Positions 26,305 to 38,715 of a DNA stretch of 64,000 nucleotides are shown one piece after another. Position numbers and translations under genes: made by a program. The notes beneath the pieces were generated by a model. That model saw only the letters and a list, made by a program, of their open reading frames with translations. It had not been told where the DNA came from and did no database searches. The DNA lies in the NCBI RefSeq assembly GCF_001194135.2, contig NC_068981.1:191989914-192053913 (forward strand), given 5' to 3'. This DNA comes from Octopus bimaculoides (Eukaryota). Within the stretch, counting starts at the first letter, position 1. Every line of letters begins with the position of its first letter.

Positions 26305-26529
26305 ACGTCATCATTTAGTATCTTATCTTCCATGCCGGTTAGAGGACTGTATCTTCCTCCATTGTCTGCTTTGGCATGCTTTCTATGGTTGGGTGCCCTT
26401 CCTAATGCCAACTACTTTACTAAGTGTACTCCGGTACTTTTTTTTATGTGACACCAGCATTCATAGGGAGAAACTGTGAGATGCATGGGTGGGCATATCA
26501 CTGGTCCTCTGGACATTCCTCTTTCAAAA

Positions 26530-27045
26530 TCCTGAGATCAGCTTTCACTACTTTGTCTTGTGTCTCTCACTTCTACATCTTGCATCTATATTAAGCAATT
26601 GACACTCCTTCATCCAGCTGTCTTCATCCATCAGCAAAATATATTCTATACCAGCACAGTCCTCTCACTTGCACACTACATCTAACTACTCTTATGCTTA
26701 ATTTTTCTCTCAGCACTCTCATGCTCACTTCATTTCTGTCTAGTCCAGGTGTCCTCAACATTCAAGGTCCACACCTCACTAGCATGTAGCATTACAGTTC
26801 ACATAAGCATCATACAATCTGCTTTCCACTCAGAGGAAAACCTTTTGTTACCCTTAGAGGCAATAGCTCTCTCCAGTTTATTCTTTTTCAGAACATCTTC
26901 CTCCACTGCTAGTCTGGCCACCTAGGTAACAGAAATTATCCACTGCTTCAGGAAATCAGTGTTTATAGCTCCTGCATATCTGCCATATACAAAGTCTATA
27001 AACCTGCCTGTGACACTACTGCACCTCTTGTGTATCTACATGACC
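26530..27045 (-). mobile_element. Decayed RTE LINE fragment
   Basis: The reverse complement is recognisably similar to 50826-51400 (ttctgttacctagg, agtgaggtgtggaccttgaatgttgaggac, gtagtgtgcaagtgagaggactgtgctggtat). Confidence 0.6.
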
Positions 27046-27304
27046 ATTTTCTATGCTAGTATGGGTAGGACAGTTTGACAGGAAATGGCAAGTCAGAAGA
27101 CTGCACAAAGCTCTACTATCTGTTTTGGCATGATTTCTACAGCAGGATGTCCTTCCTAACTATTTTACAGAATGTACTGGATGCTTTTTATATAGCACCA
27201 GCAGCAGTGAAGTCACCAAGTAACTCCCCACCTCAACTGGGAGGAGGAGCATTGAGAGTCAGAAAAGCAGGAAAGGCATACACACACAAACGTGTGCATG
27301 TGTG

Positions 27305-27585
27305 TGATGGTATCAACCAGACTATTGAATTAGATCACTAGTCACAATACATTTCACGTTTTAGCTTTTGAATGATGCCACCCAGCTGGCCTGGTGGACA
27401 GGCCAACATTCCCCCTTATCAAGAGGATTGTTCATAGCTGGGTTACTCATTTGCAGCTCAGTGAACTGGAACAGTATGAGATAAAGTGTTTTACTCAAGA
27501 ACACAATGCACCACCTGGTCTGGGAATCAAACTCACATTCTACCAATTATGAATGCAACACCATAACCACTAGACCACACACCCT
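27305..27585 (-). mobile_element. SINE family D; other copies at about 20-277 (-), 1709-1860 (+) and 30578-30735 (+)
   Basis: tRNA-like head (tggcttagtggttag...ttcaattcc) and a central ccactcagctg motif. The copies share ttagcctttgaatgatgccacc and gctcaagaacacaa. Confidence 0.6.
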
Positions 27586-28479
27586 CATGCACACAGACAC
27601 ACACACACTTCTAACTTTTGAACATCCACTCAAATGCTCTGAGTATACAATAAACATATATATGCACCTAGTACACTATGTAAAGTGGTTGGTGAAAGGA
27701 AAAGAATTCAGCCACAGAAACCATATTGGGGAACATACAGAAGATAGTCCTTTACTTGTCTAGGGAAGTAGAATATTCAAACGACACGAGTTGTGATGAC
27801 TCCTCCAACTTATGACAGCATGGAAAAGCAGATACATAAAAACTTTCATGATGATATATGTGTGTATGCTCCATTGATGTATATCACTGAAAGATATAAA
27901 CATCTGTAAAAAAAAAACTAACAAATCAGTGATTTCAAACAAAATTCCTCATATTTGTTCTGCTTGAGCTACACAGACACTTCACAGTCACACTCACACA
28001 GTCACACTCAACATCATAAATGCAGTGAACCAGTGACTTGGTTGCTTGCAAACCTTCAACTAATGCTATAAATTTTTTTAAAAATACTAATGAATGTCAT
28101 TTTAATCTTCAAATTTTTCATTTTTTTTTCTCTCTTTTTTTTTTCAGTAGGGGAGGGGAACTATGAAATCACATTACACCTCACCTTTGCTATCCTGTTA
28201 TTGAGTGATAAAAAAAAAATATGCAGCATCTTGCTAAGATATTAATCTATATAACATACACTTAACTGAGAATAAAATATATGAATGAAGAGAATCAAGT
28301 ATTTTTAGAATTAAACAATGAAGAATAGTCAGAAATTTCATCAAAATAATCCTTGACATAGAGGAAGTAGCAGCATCTTTAAAGAGTAACAGGATCAAAT
28401 TTGTAATTTAGACATTTTATACAACGATGGCATTCAGTAAACACACACACCCACACAGAAGCAAATATAATTCCAAGAT

Positions 28480-28703
28480 GACTTTAGCATTCACATTATT
28501 TTGTCAAATTAGTAATGCTTAATTATTTATTCACATTGTTTTGAATTAATCATGCATTATTTTGTAACTTTGAGAGTTTGTATGAAGTAACTTAATTTTT
28601 AGAATGATAACATAGGGTTGGTGTGAGAGGCCCAATTTGACCAGTTTGAACATAAAACAGGTGCAATATTTTGGCTAGATATGGCCAGTTTAAATGCCTA
28701 AGG
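28480..28703. mobile_element. About 220-bp piggyBac-type MITE (family P) sharing end sequences with 4472-6485
   Basis: The 5' about 70 nt (ctttagcattcacattattttgtcaaattagtaatgctt...cacattgttttgaatta) align with 4474-4540. The subterminal ccaatttgaccagtttgaaca resembles ccagatttggctggttcaaaca at about 6412-6433. Confidence 0.6.
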
Positions 28704-28935
28704 TTATTTTCTTGTAATAAACAGGGCTTTAATTAAAAAAAGATATTGGGAATAAACTAGTGAATAGTTCCTCCAAAGGATGAAGGATTCTTGGAAAACA
28801 AAAACTAGACGCTGAATTACTTGAGACCATCATTTAACATTCTCCTTTCCATGCCTGCAGCAGTTAGACAGAATTAGTTGAGGATAATTTTCTATGGCTG
28901 GGTGCCCTTCCTGCTGCTAATCTCCACCTGTTTCT

Positions 28936-29312
28936 GAGTGGCTGTGTGGTAAGTAGATTGCTTACCAAACACATGGTTCTGGGTTCAGTCCCGCTGTGTG
29001 ACACCTTGGGCAAGTGTTTTCTGTTATAGCCTCGGGCTGACCAAAGCCTTGTGAGTGGATTTGGTAGACGGAAACTGAAAGAAGCCCGTCATGTATATAT
29101 GTTTGTGTGTCTGTGTTTGTCCCCCCACCATCGCTTGACAACCAATGTTGGTGTGTTTACGTCCCCGTAACTTAGCAGTTTAGCAAAAGAGACCGATAGA
29201 ATAAGTACAAGGCTTACAAAGAATAAGTCCTGGAGGTTGATTTGTTTGACTAAAGGCGGTGCTCCAGCATGGCTGCAGTCAAATGACTGAAACAAATAAA
29301 AGAGTAAAAGAG
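28936..29312 (+). mobile_element. SINE family A (tRNA-like head, central (TA/TG)n, AAAAGAGT tail); best-preserved copy
   Basis: Head TGGCTGTGTGG (A-box-like) and GGGTTCAGTCCC (B-box-like), core ACCTTGGGCAAGTG, tail GACTGAAACAAATAAAAGAGTAAAAGAG. More than ten copies occur in the window. Confidence 0.85.
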
Positions 29313-29425
29313 GCCGACGTGTTTTTCACAGAAGTCTGGGAACAAATTTCATCATTTGTATGAAGGTGATGCTTCTTTATAACCATCATGTGATGTCAAG
29401 ACAAAGCTACACACTAACACACATG

Positions 29426-29471
<46 letters not shown>

Positions 29472-30249
29472 CACACACACACATGCACACACACACAACC
29501 GGCTGCTTTCAGTTTTCCTCAACATAACCCACTCATAAGAGATTGGCCAGCCAAGTGCTATAATAGACAACACTTGCCCAGGGTTCCACATAGTGGGACT
29601 GAACATAAACCTACATGGCTGGGAAGCAACCTTCCTAACCAGACAGTTACACTTGTGCCGCAATTTTGTTTAAAAAACATCCATTTGAGGCAAAAGCTAG
29701 CAATTAAAGGATCAGGTTTTTGAAAAGCATTAACAAACAGTAAAAAAAAAATTAACATCTGAAAAAAAGTAAAATTTTCAATTCTAAAGAAGTTAGAAAA
29801 GAAAGGGAAAAAGACCTGCAGAAGTATCTAGCACCAAGTGAGATCAATTTTTGAACATAAACCCAGTAATAAAAATAAGAATAGGTCTAATAATTAACAC
29901 CTATGTTGCTGCATCAATCAAAGACACAGCTGGAATCCTATAATAGGATTAGAATCATGAAAAAAGACACAGAAAAGATGAAGACACAGTAGAACTTGTA
30001 ATGGTATTCAGAGATTTGCCTGTACAAACCAACATCAAGTATTATAATTCAATATTATCAAGGCTAGAGGAGGTCATAACAATACAAAAGACAGCATTAT
30101 CATTAAAGCTGTTACATTGAGGAATAAAAGGATGAATGAATTTTAAGAGCAAGCTATAAAAAAAAAAATAGGAACAAAAATCACAAAAAATACAATTTAA
30201 AATAATTTCCGTCTACAGCAGTAGAGACTGGATGATGTAAATCTAACTC

Positions 30250-30543
30250 TTGTGTATGTGTGTGCGCAGATGTGTATGTGAGCAAATGTGCACATACTGT
30301 TTGTAGATACATATACATGTGTATACACACAGATGTATACATATGTATATAGGTGAGAGTGTACACACATTGTGTGTATATACCCATACATGTATGCATA
30401 TGTGTATTACACATATGCATATATACACATTTGCATATGTACATGTGCATATGTATATATACACATGTGCATTTGTATACATGTATGAGTAAACATTACA
30501 TATAGATATATACGTATGTATACATATATATACACACACACAC

Positions 30544-30575
<32 letters not shown>
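30250..30575. repeat. Degenerate alternating purine-pyrimidine (TA/TG/CA) tract
   Basis: Direct reading. Confidence 0.85.
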
Positions 30576-30576
<1 letters not shown>

Positions 30577-31039
30577 GAAAGCACATGGCCTAATGGTTAG
30601 GGTGATGGGCTCATAATCATGAAGCCTTTGTTTCAATTCCAGGACCAAGTTGTGCATTGTGTCCTTGAGCATGGTACTTCATTGCACATTGATCCATTCT
30701 ACTCAGCTGAAAATGAGCAGCAGCTGAGTGCTAGTGCAGCTCTTTCTCTCTTTAGTTGTCACATCCTTGATGTTCCATTGGTTCAAAGGGTGACTACATG
30801 GGTACCTAGAACAATTAGCAAAAGCATGGTATATGTTACCAAGTTATACTTGTCCGAGGTTTGGTTTATATGTATTAGTAAGAGCAAATTATGAGAAAGT
30901 GATGATTGTTAGTATGAAAGTAGTAATGATAGTATGCATAGGGCACATGCATGTCATATGATCTCAAGTGAGAGAGGTAGTGTATTGGAGGGATGATCAT
31001 TAAGGGCTAGAGAGATCAGTTTTCAAGTAGGTGTACTGC

Positions 31040-31310
31040 ACATGTGTGTTATGCATATTACCCTCCATCACTACCAGTTTTAATGCTTGTTTCACTGTGC
31101 ATACACAGGTGGGCAGGTCTTCTCACGCACTGTCTGCTGCCAATCAATACAGTCCTTTGTCTTGAAATACAATACCTTCAAATCAAGTCTTTCTTGGCCT
31201 ACATCTTTCACAAGTTCCATTCATTTTGAACATGTGGCACTTCCTTTATGCATCTCTTCCCTTCCATTCATATCACATATCTGTACCAACAGGCATGAGA
31301 TGCATAGGAA
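31040..31310 (-). mobile_element. Decayed RTE fragment (ORF end and start of 3' UTR)
   Basis: The reverse complement resembles 51300-51530 (gtaggccaagaaagacttga, gtgtgagaagacc, cagtgaaacaagca). Confidence 0.45.
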
Positions 31311-32241
31311 AGAGGACATTTGATTCTCTTATGTTCATTTTACTTTTTCCTTCCCAGCTTAGCTAAGATCAGATAAACATCTCTCAGAGACAATGTTATT
31401 TTACTTAAAAAGCTGCTTTTAATGGATATATACACATCTAAAATAACAAACCAAACGCATGCATGTACGTGTGTGTGTGCACGTACATGTTTTCTTAAAA
31501 GTTCTTAAACAGACATGTATATTTTTCAACTTCAAAAGTAATATTGCAGCCACTACAAGTCAACCATAAGGAACATGAAAGATTTTCTAATTATTTAAGA
31601 AAATACATGTTGCATCAAATGTTAAAATATATTTATGTTGAAATATATTTTAATAATACTACCAATATTTTTGTGTTTCTACATCAATCATCATTTCACC
31701 TTGTTTAGAGGAGTTTGAAAGTTATAAAATTATTCCTCCAGACTTTGGGTAAGTTTGAAAAAATTGGACCACAACATTCTAGAATTTCCTTAATGTTTGC
31801 TTAAACTAGCAGCTACCATCAACACCTGACGATACACACAGCCACCACCCCACTAGTCAAAATAGTGAAATGCAAATGAGAACTGTCTTTAAATGCACCA
31901 GCTTTTAAAATTTTACTTAAATAAAAAAAAAAATAGAGAAAAGCATGAAACTACGTCTTCAAATATTTACTTGTGACTAATTATTTTCCAAGAAATACAA
32001 AAATTATTTGAAAGCCGTCACCTGAAAAAATCTACCCTTCTTACATTGAATACAAAATTACTTTACATTCTATATATANNNNNNNNNNNNNNNNNNNNNN
32101 NNNNNNNNNNNNNNNNNNNNNNNNNNNNNNNNNNNNNNNNNNNNNNNNNNNNNNNNNNNNNNNNNNNNNNNNNNNNNNNNNNNNNNNNNNNNNNNNNNNN
32201 NNNNNNNNNNNNNNNNNNNNNNNNNNNNNNNNTGGTGTGTA

Positions 32242-32297
<56 letters not shown>

Positions 32298-32886
32298 GTA
32301 AATATGTATATAACAGTAACTTTATTACCATCTTACATAGAATATAAAATTACTTTCTTGAGGAATGCAAATACTAAAAAATGGAACCAGACACTGATGA
32401 ATGTAGCACAAGGAAAAATATGAGGAAAAACTACTCGTATTTTCAGTTGATATTTGAAAAATATCAATTTCTGTATTAAACAAACAGCATTAGTATGACT
32501 GGTATCAGCATCTTCTGATCGGAATCGAGGGATAAATACTAAAAGCCAGGAAAACATATAAAGTTAGAGTACAAATGTAGTAATTATATGTTTAATTTAT
32601 TTTCATATAAAACAAAAATTCAGAATATACCATTCATCACAATGTAAATGTCATCCAAGAGAATGTGAGGGTGGCTACAATGATAGAAGAGAGAGAAAGA
32701 GAAGGAGGGAGGGGGATAGTGAGGAAGAAGAAAGTAACCTTTTAATTATTGCATATAACTCTAGGAGTTTTAAAATTATCATTTTAATATTTCCTAAAAT
32801 AAATATAAAATTGGAAATCAGAAAGGGGAATAAAGAAAAAAAATAGAATTAAAAAATTTCAGGCAAAGAATATGTATGATTTTCCT

Positions 32887-33184
32887 GCAGACATAGCTGT
32901 GTGGTGAGAAGCTGGGTTCAATCCTACTGTGTGGCACCTAGGGTAGGTGATTTCTTCTTTAGTCTCGGGCTGACCAAAGCCTTGTGAGTGAATCTGGTAG
33001 GAGTTTTGGACACTTACTCACTCCCCATGGACAATAACTCTCTCCCCAAGTACAATTACCTCTGAGGACAACAGATGATTTAAAACTTCTTAATATATTC
33101 GAGAGGGGGTAATTGTCGTTGAGGGAATTGTCCTATGAGGGGTAGTTGTCCTGATACGTCTGGTAGACAGAAACTGAAAGACAC

Positions 33185-33262
<78 letters not shown>

Positions 33263-33495
33263 CACGTGTGTGTGTGTGTGTGAATGCATATGCACGCATG
33301 TTTGTTCCCCATTACTGCTTGACAACCACTGTTGGTGTGTTTATATCCTGGTAACTTAGCAGTTCGGCAAAAGAGATTGATAGAATAAGTACCAGACATA
33401 GAAATAAAAAAAGTGTTGGGGTTGATTCATTCTACTAAAAGATTTTCAAGGTGGTGCTCCAGTATGACTGCAGTCCAACGACTGGTAAAAGAAAG
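32887..33495 (+). mobile_element. SINE family A interrupted by the 158-bp insertion
   Basis: Head, expanded (TG)n at 33191-33290, A tail. Confidence 0.75.
33001..33158. mobile_element. 158-bp foldback-type insertion with an 8-bp TSD inside a SINE
   Basis: TCTGGTAG at 32993-33000 and 33159-33166. Removing the insert restores the SINE sequence gagtgaatctggtagacagaaactgaaag. The left arm has GGACAAT(T)AC-like repeats and the right arm has GGTAATTGTCC-like repeats. Confidence 0.75.
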
Positions 33496-34042
33496 ACTGT
33501 GTATGTTTCCCCTAACCAAGAACCTAAGACTTACCAAATTTACCCTTTAGATTCAAACCTGAGACAAAGGTTAGGCTTCTTTCATATCAACTAAAATAAA
33601 TATTTTTCCTTGTTATATTTTGCATTCCTCCTCCTTTCATATAAGAAAGAACAGAAAAAATACCATTTCAGCTACTTGACTGATATAATTTCGAAATGGT
33701 TGAGGGCACCTAGCTGAAGTAGGAACTAAATATTTCAAGACTTATACAGCATCTGTCTTTGCAAATATATCTTAAGATACTTAAGAGAGAGAGGGGGGGG
33801 AACCTAAATGAGAGCTAAACATTTCATAAACAAACACAACCCCCTTATATATACGACTATCTCCTTGGTACCATTCTGTGCTGTATTACGTATCTGGCCA
33901 TCTTTAGATGGTTCCAGTACCACATTGAAATTTTTTCTATGAGTTGCTAACCTTTCACTCAACTCAATTCCCATTTCTAAGAAATGGTCTGTGAGTAGCC
34001 TCCCACAGCCTTTCTTACAGCATAACATAACCACTACTGGGG

Positions 34043-34165
34043 GAGAGAGAGAGAGAGAGAGCAAAGATAAAAAGAGATAAAAGACAGATAGGAGAGAGAG
34101 GGGGGAGAATGAGAGAGAGGAGGAGAGAGAATGTGAGAGAGAGAGAAAATGAGAGAGAGAGAGAA

Positions 34166-34203
<38 letters not shown>

Positions 34204-34270
34204 AGTAAGAGAGAGAGAGAATGAGAGAAAGAATGAGAGGAAGAGAATGAGAGAATGAGAGAGAATGAGA
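34043..34270. repeat. (GA)n / GAGAGAAT purine tract
   Basis: Direct reading. Confidence 0.9.
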
Positions 34271-34624
34271 ACATAATCAACTTCAGTACTTGACTGAAAG
34301 TTAAACATGAAAGGATGAAAGAGAAAATTGACCTCAACAGAATTTGAACTCAAATTGCATAGAGCCAAGACATATAGAGCAAGACATTTATTTGACACTA
34401 ACAATTCTGCTAACACTAGTTTACAGAGAAATTGAGGTAAACATAAAAACAGTTAGAAAATTACTATTTTTAAATCTCACAACGAGAGATATTCAGCAAC
34501 AGTACTTCGTAGTAAAGATTGTTTGCCAACATAATATGGTAGTCCTGGTTTAAGGCGAATGTTGCTGTAATTTAGCCCCAGGAGACATCGTCTCCAGCTG
34601 GCTATATGACGTGATCTGTCAAAC

Positions 34625-35787
34625 AATTATTCTGTGCTGATGAAAGGAAATTACCCAGAAATCGTGATACACAGATATTGTTTTGAGCTGAGTGGGGGTG
34701 CTAGATACCCTTGTTCAAAAATATAAGGACACAGACCGGCATCTTTTCATAGACTCTTCCAAGAAAAGTCTGAAGGCTGTACTCCTGCACAATGGGAATA
34801 AATAGCCCAGCATTCCCATTGTTTACTCAGTCCATCTGGAGGAGTCATATGACAATATGGAGTTCCTTTTGGAAGCTGTCAAGAACAACCAGTACCAGTG
34901 GAGTCTCGCACAAGGACTGAGGATGTAGGAGCACTTTCATGCTTGGTGAACACAGTGTTCAAGAAAATCTTCTAGTGGACAGGAACAAGGTGTTTCTTTC
35001 TCCTCTTCATATCAAAAAGTGGCACTGCCTTCCAACACTTGTGCATTCTGTTCCCAACTCTGAGTTTTGCTAAGCTTAAGGAGGGCATCTTCGTCAGACC
35101 TCAGATCCGAGAGGTGCTGAAGAAGAAGGACTTTGAGGAGCTTCTTACCTAAAAGGAACTGAGTGTGGGAAACATTTAAGTTAGTCTGCCATAGCTTCCT
35201 TGGTACCACACGAGTACTAGATTACCAANNNNNNNNNNCTTTCCTTATCTGCTTCCCCTCTGTGTCACTCAAAATTCACTTTCTCCACTCCCACCTCAAC
35301 TTCTTCCCTCCGAAGCTCAGAGCAGTGAGGGATGAGCATGGAGAAAGGTTCCACCAAGATATTACTAAGATGAAGAGCAACTACCAAGGCAAGTGGAACC
35401 CCAGTATGATGGGGGACTTTTGCGGGATGATTTTGTATGACATCCTGGAGGTAAAGTACACAAAATCATCCAAAAAAACTCACTTCTGTGTGTTGTACTA
35501 TGATTTTGTGTGTATTGTATTATCCAAGTAATTTAGTTCAATGAATGTTCTGTATCTATGCTGGGTTTTTTCTGTAATATGCCTTTGTAACAGATGAAAG
35601 AAACACATTATATTTTGAATTTATATGCAGTATGGTTAAAATGGGATATATGAGAGCAAAAAAACTAGAGGTGATAGAGCAAAACTGTTTAGAAAATTGA
35701 ATTCACCACATCAAAATTAGTTTTAAAAAAAAAAAAACACCTATTCACATCCTTGCCTCAGGGCAAAAAAAATTTTGTAAACCAGTG
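34625..35787 (+). mobile_element. 5'-truncated, deleted DNA transposon, probably Chapaev/CMC-type
   Basis: Fragments LFIDSSKKSLKAVLLHNGNK*PSIPIVYSVHLEESYDNMEFLL, PLHIK, AKLKEGIFVRPQIR and SLKIHFLHSHLNFFP..LRAVRDEHGERFHQDI.KM..NYQGKW...MMGDFC. Ends ...TTTGTAAACCAGTG. The superfamily name is from memory of these motifs and CAC...GTG termini. Contains a 10-N gap. Confidence 0.7.
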
Positions 35788-36084
35788 TAATTTGTCACTT
35801 TAATCCAAAGCTATAATGTAGTAGAAAAGTTCATTTAATTAGTCCATTAATAGACACATGAGTAACACTTTCATTCCACACTTGAAATTACATATACTTG
35901 TAATGCTAGATACCAACTAACAGATTTTTCAAAACAATCCTGAAATTAATTAACAAATACGTAATCAATTTTTGATACACCTAAGCTCCACTTTTCAGCA
36001 ACTGATTAAGACCTAAAATACAATCTCTGGAACTTCCTTTTCATAGTCAAGAAAATAATGTGCCATATGGGTGTTTTTGAGGTT

Positions 36085-36800
36085 GATCACCATCAGCATC
36101 ATTTAACATTCATTTTCTAAGCTGGCATGGATTGAACAGCTCAACAGGATCCAATTAACCAAAGCCAACCACTTTATACAATGTACTGGGTGTATTTTTT
36201 TATGACACCAATACTAGTGAGATTGCCAAGTAATTCACAAGAAGAAGAAAAATCAACTGAGAACTGAGTGTTTCACCCATCTCCGTGGAGAGAGGGAGAT
36301 GGCTTTGTGCCAAGTGTTGGAAGGTAAGAGTATGATGGAGGAACAGGCACAGGTGTTTTGCTAGAGAAGAAATACATACCACCACCCGCTCCTGCATTAT
36401 AAGGGTGGATTGGGAGTGGCTGGAAAGAGTCAATGACTGGTGTGATGAGAGGTCAAAGAGTACTTCCAAGATTCAAGAAGGTGAGATTCAAGAATACAAA
36501 CAAAAAATTGGGAAGGGTAGGTGGTTAAGTTCATTAAAGTGTGGGAGGAGAGTGACACCTGGTTAGAAATGGGTGTAGAGATGAATGTAGGGAATGGAAC
36601 AAGGGTGGAGGTGTGGTTAATATGGTTAATATCAGTATGATTGGGAGTGGGGGACAAGTGAAAGAAATAGGGGTGGCTCAGAAATAAGGAGATAAGTGAT
36701 AGTAGAGGAAGGGAGGAGAGCTGTAATATAATGTGTGGGTAGATCAGAAAAAAAGGAGATGATTGCAGGGTGAAAGAGAGAGATGTGTAAGGGGATGTAG
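36085..36800 (-). mobile_element. Retroposon family C
   Basis: Tail at 36085-36200; body ttggaaggtaagagtatgatggaggaacaggcacagg...gggtggattgggagtggctggaaag. Confidence 0.6.
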
Positions 36801-37170
36801 TGGGGGGAACTATTCCCTTTCCCCTAGATTTCTGATCTTGTACCAGTGTTAGAAACTATATTTTATTCTGCATAAGTGTTAATAAAATAATTCTTTGACA
36901 TTGGGAATTCAATCAATATTCAACTAATGTACACAAATACACAATTGAATAGCAGACTTATCTTACAACTTTCTACTTACTGATTAGAGACGAAATTCTT
37001 TAAATTCATTAATTACTAATATTAGATTATGCAGCTTGCTTGTCCATTAACAATTGTTAGTGACACTGCTGTGTGTCTTTCAATTCACCTACATCATATT
37101 CTAATAAATTTCCTTTAATATCTCCACTCGTACATTTATATTACTTTGTTGGTATTATTTAACCCTTTTG

Positions 37171-37348
37171 AAGGTAGCGAGCTGGCAGAACCGTTAACAT
37201 ACTGGGCAAAATGCTTAGCGGTATTTCGTCTGCTGCTACGTTCCAAGTTCAAACTCCGTATTATTAAGTACCAGTTGAGTACTGGGGTCGGTGTGATTGA
37301 CTGTCCTCCTCACCACAAAATTCAGTCCTTGTGCCGATAGCAGAAATG
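37171..37348 (+). mobile_element. SINE family F with a 17-bp TSD
   Basis: ATTATTTAACCCTTTTG at both 37154-37170 and 37349-37365. Confidence 0.8.
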
Positions 37349-37357
37349 ATTATTTAA

Positions 37358-37551
37358 CCCTTTTGTTACCACATTTACATTGAAGTGAACTGCTTTTGCT
37401 TCTATTAATTTTGGAAAATAATGAATTTAATAAAATAATTTTGTCCCCATTAAAATGAGGTTGGAACAGAAGCATTTTGAAAGAAAGTTTTTAGATTACT
37501 CAAATAGAGGGAATTTGTATCATCGAACCAGGCAGATTGGTAATGAAAGGG
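37358..37551. mobile_element. Family M MITE
   Basis: TTAA-CCCTTTTGTTACC ... GGTAATGAAAGGG-CTAA. Confidence 0.7.
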
Positions 37552-38171
37552 CTAAATCCTAAAAGAGAATATTTTACAACTGTTATTCATAGATTATTTT
37601 TGGACTATTAACCTCATCTTAATAAAATTTGGAAGAACTATTTTTAGTATTTGAGGCATTTTTTATTGGTTTACTCTCCAATCATCATTAGGAGTCTTAT
37701 TCTTGAGTATGTACTGGTCCCAACTGTCACCAGGTAATTGGAGCCAGTACATATCCAGTTTTACCTTCTCTGGAAGCAGGAAAACTTCAATAAATCCAGA
37801 ATTTATGTTGTATGGTATTTAATATACTTTTATTCATTTTTGGTACTCAAAAACATGCCATTGGCCACCTTGAGTTGTTTCTCTAACTTCATTCAAGTTA
37901 TGCGCAAGGTACAAGACTGGATTTGATCAAGCAATTATTTCAAAATTAGTGGTAGTAATGCACAAGTAAACCACTATGCAACAGATATAACAACAAAAAC
38001 CTCTTTACAAATACAGACACACTAACAACATGTGGCATGTTTACACCTGCACATACTGACTGACATACACACACTTATCAGTATGGGTGCAAATGTTGTA
38101 GTACTAACACTAATGTAGATGTGCAGCTATACAAGTTGATGGTGAACCATCAACTTGTATAGTTGTCTTAA

Positions 38172-38384
38172 TCTTTTCAATACCACTCTGACTGAGATTG
38201 CTCCTGGTTCTGTGATACAAATTTCCTGTTTAAAGTGATCCAAATTAAAACCTTGCGTCAAAATGTTGATGTTCCAAACACTAACATCATAATGGCAAAG
38301 TTATTTTACCAAATTCTTTATTAGTTTCAAAATTAAGTAATAACACAAAAGGTGACATATTTCAATAGAAATATCTTAAAAGAG
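38172..38384. mobile_element. Family M MITE (uninterrupted paralog of the split copy at 4405)
   Basis: TTAA-TCTTTTCAATACC ... AAAAGAG-TTAA, with an internal TTAA at 38230-38233. Confidence 0.7.
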
Positions 38385-38489
38385 TTAATAGTAATATTTA
38401 AGCCTAGATATCAATGATAAGGTTTCTCTGTTCAGTCATAATGATTTGCATAAAAAATTAAAAAAACAGAAAAATTAAAATTTGTTACA

Positions 38490-38715
38490 ATGTTGCCTTC
38501 TCCATGTGATTATTTCAATTGAGATACACACTACCTTTGTTTTAATTTTGTGAATAATGAAAAATTTTGTAGAATAATGCTGTCCTTACTAAGCTGGTGT
38601 TTGGAATATGAATTAACATGAAATTCTGATGCAAAGTTTTAATTTAGATCATGTAGTATAGATTATTTGTGTCACAGGACCAGAGGTGGTCTTGGGTGGG
38701 TTGGTATCAAAAGTG
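38490..38715. mobile_element. Family M MITE, opposite orientation to the previous copy
   Basis: Ends ...GGTATCAAAAGTG-TTAA. The left end is decayed. Confidence 0.55.

Noticed and set aside
28936-29010. tRNA gene-like A/B boxes in SINE heads
   Set aside because: No complete cloverleaf, and they are embedded in multi-copy SINEs, so they are not tRNA genes.
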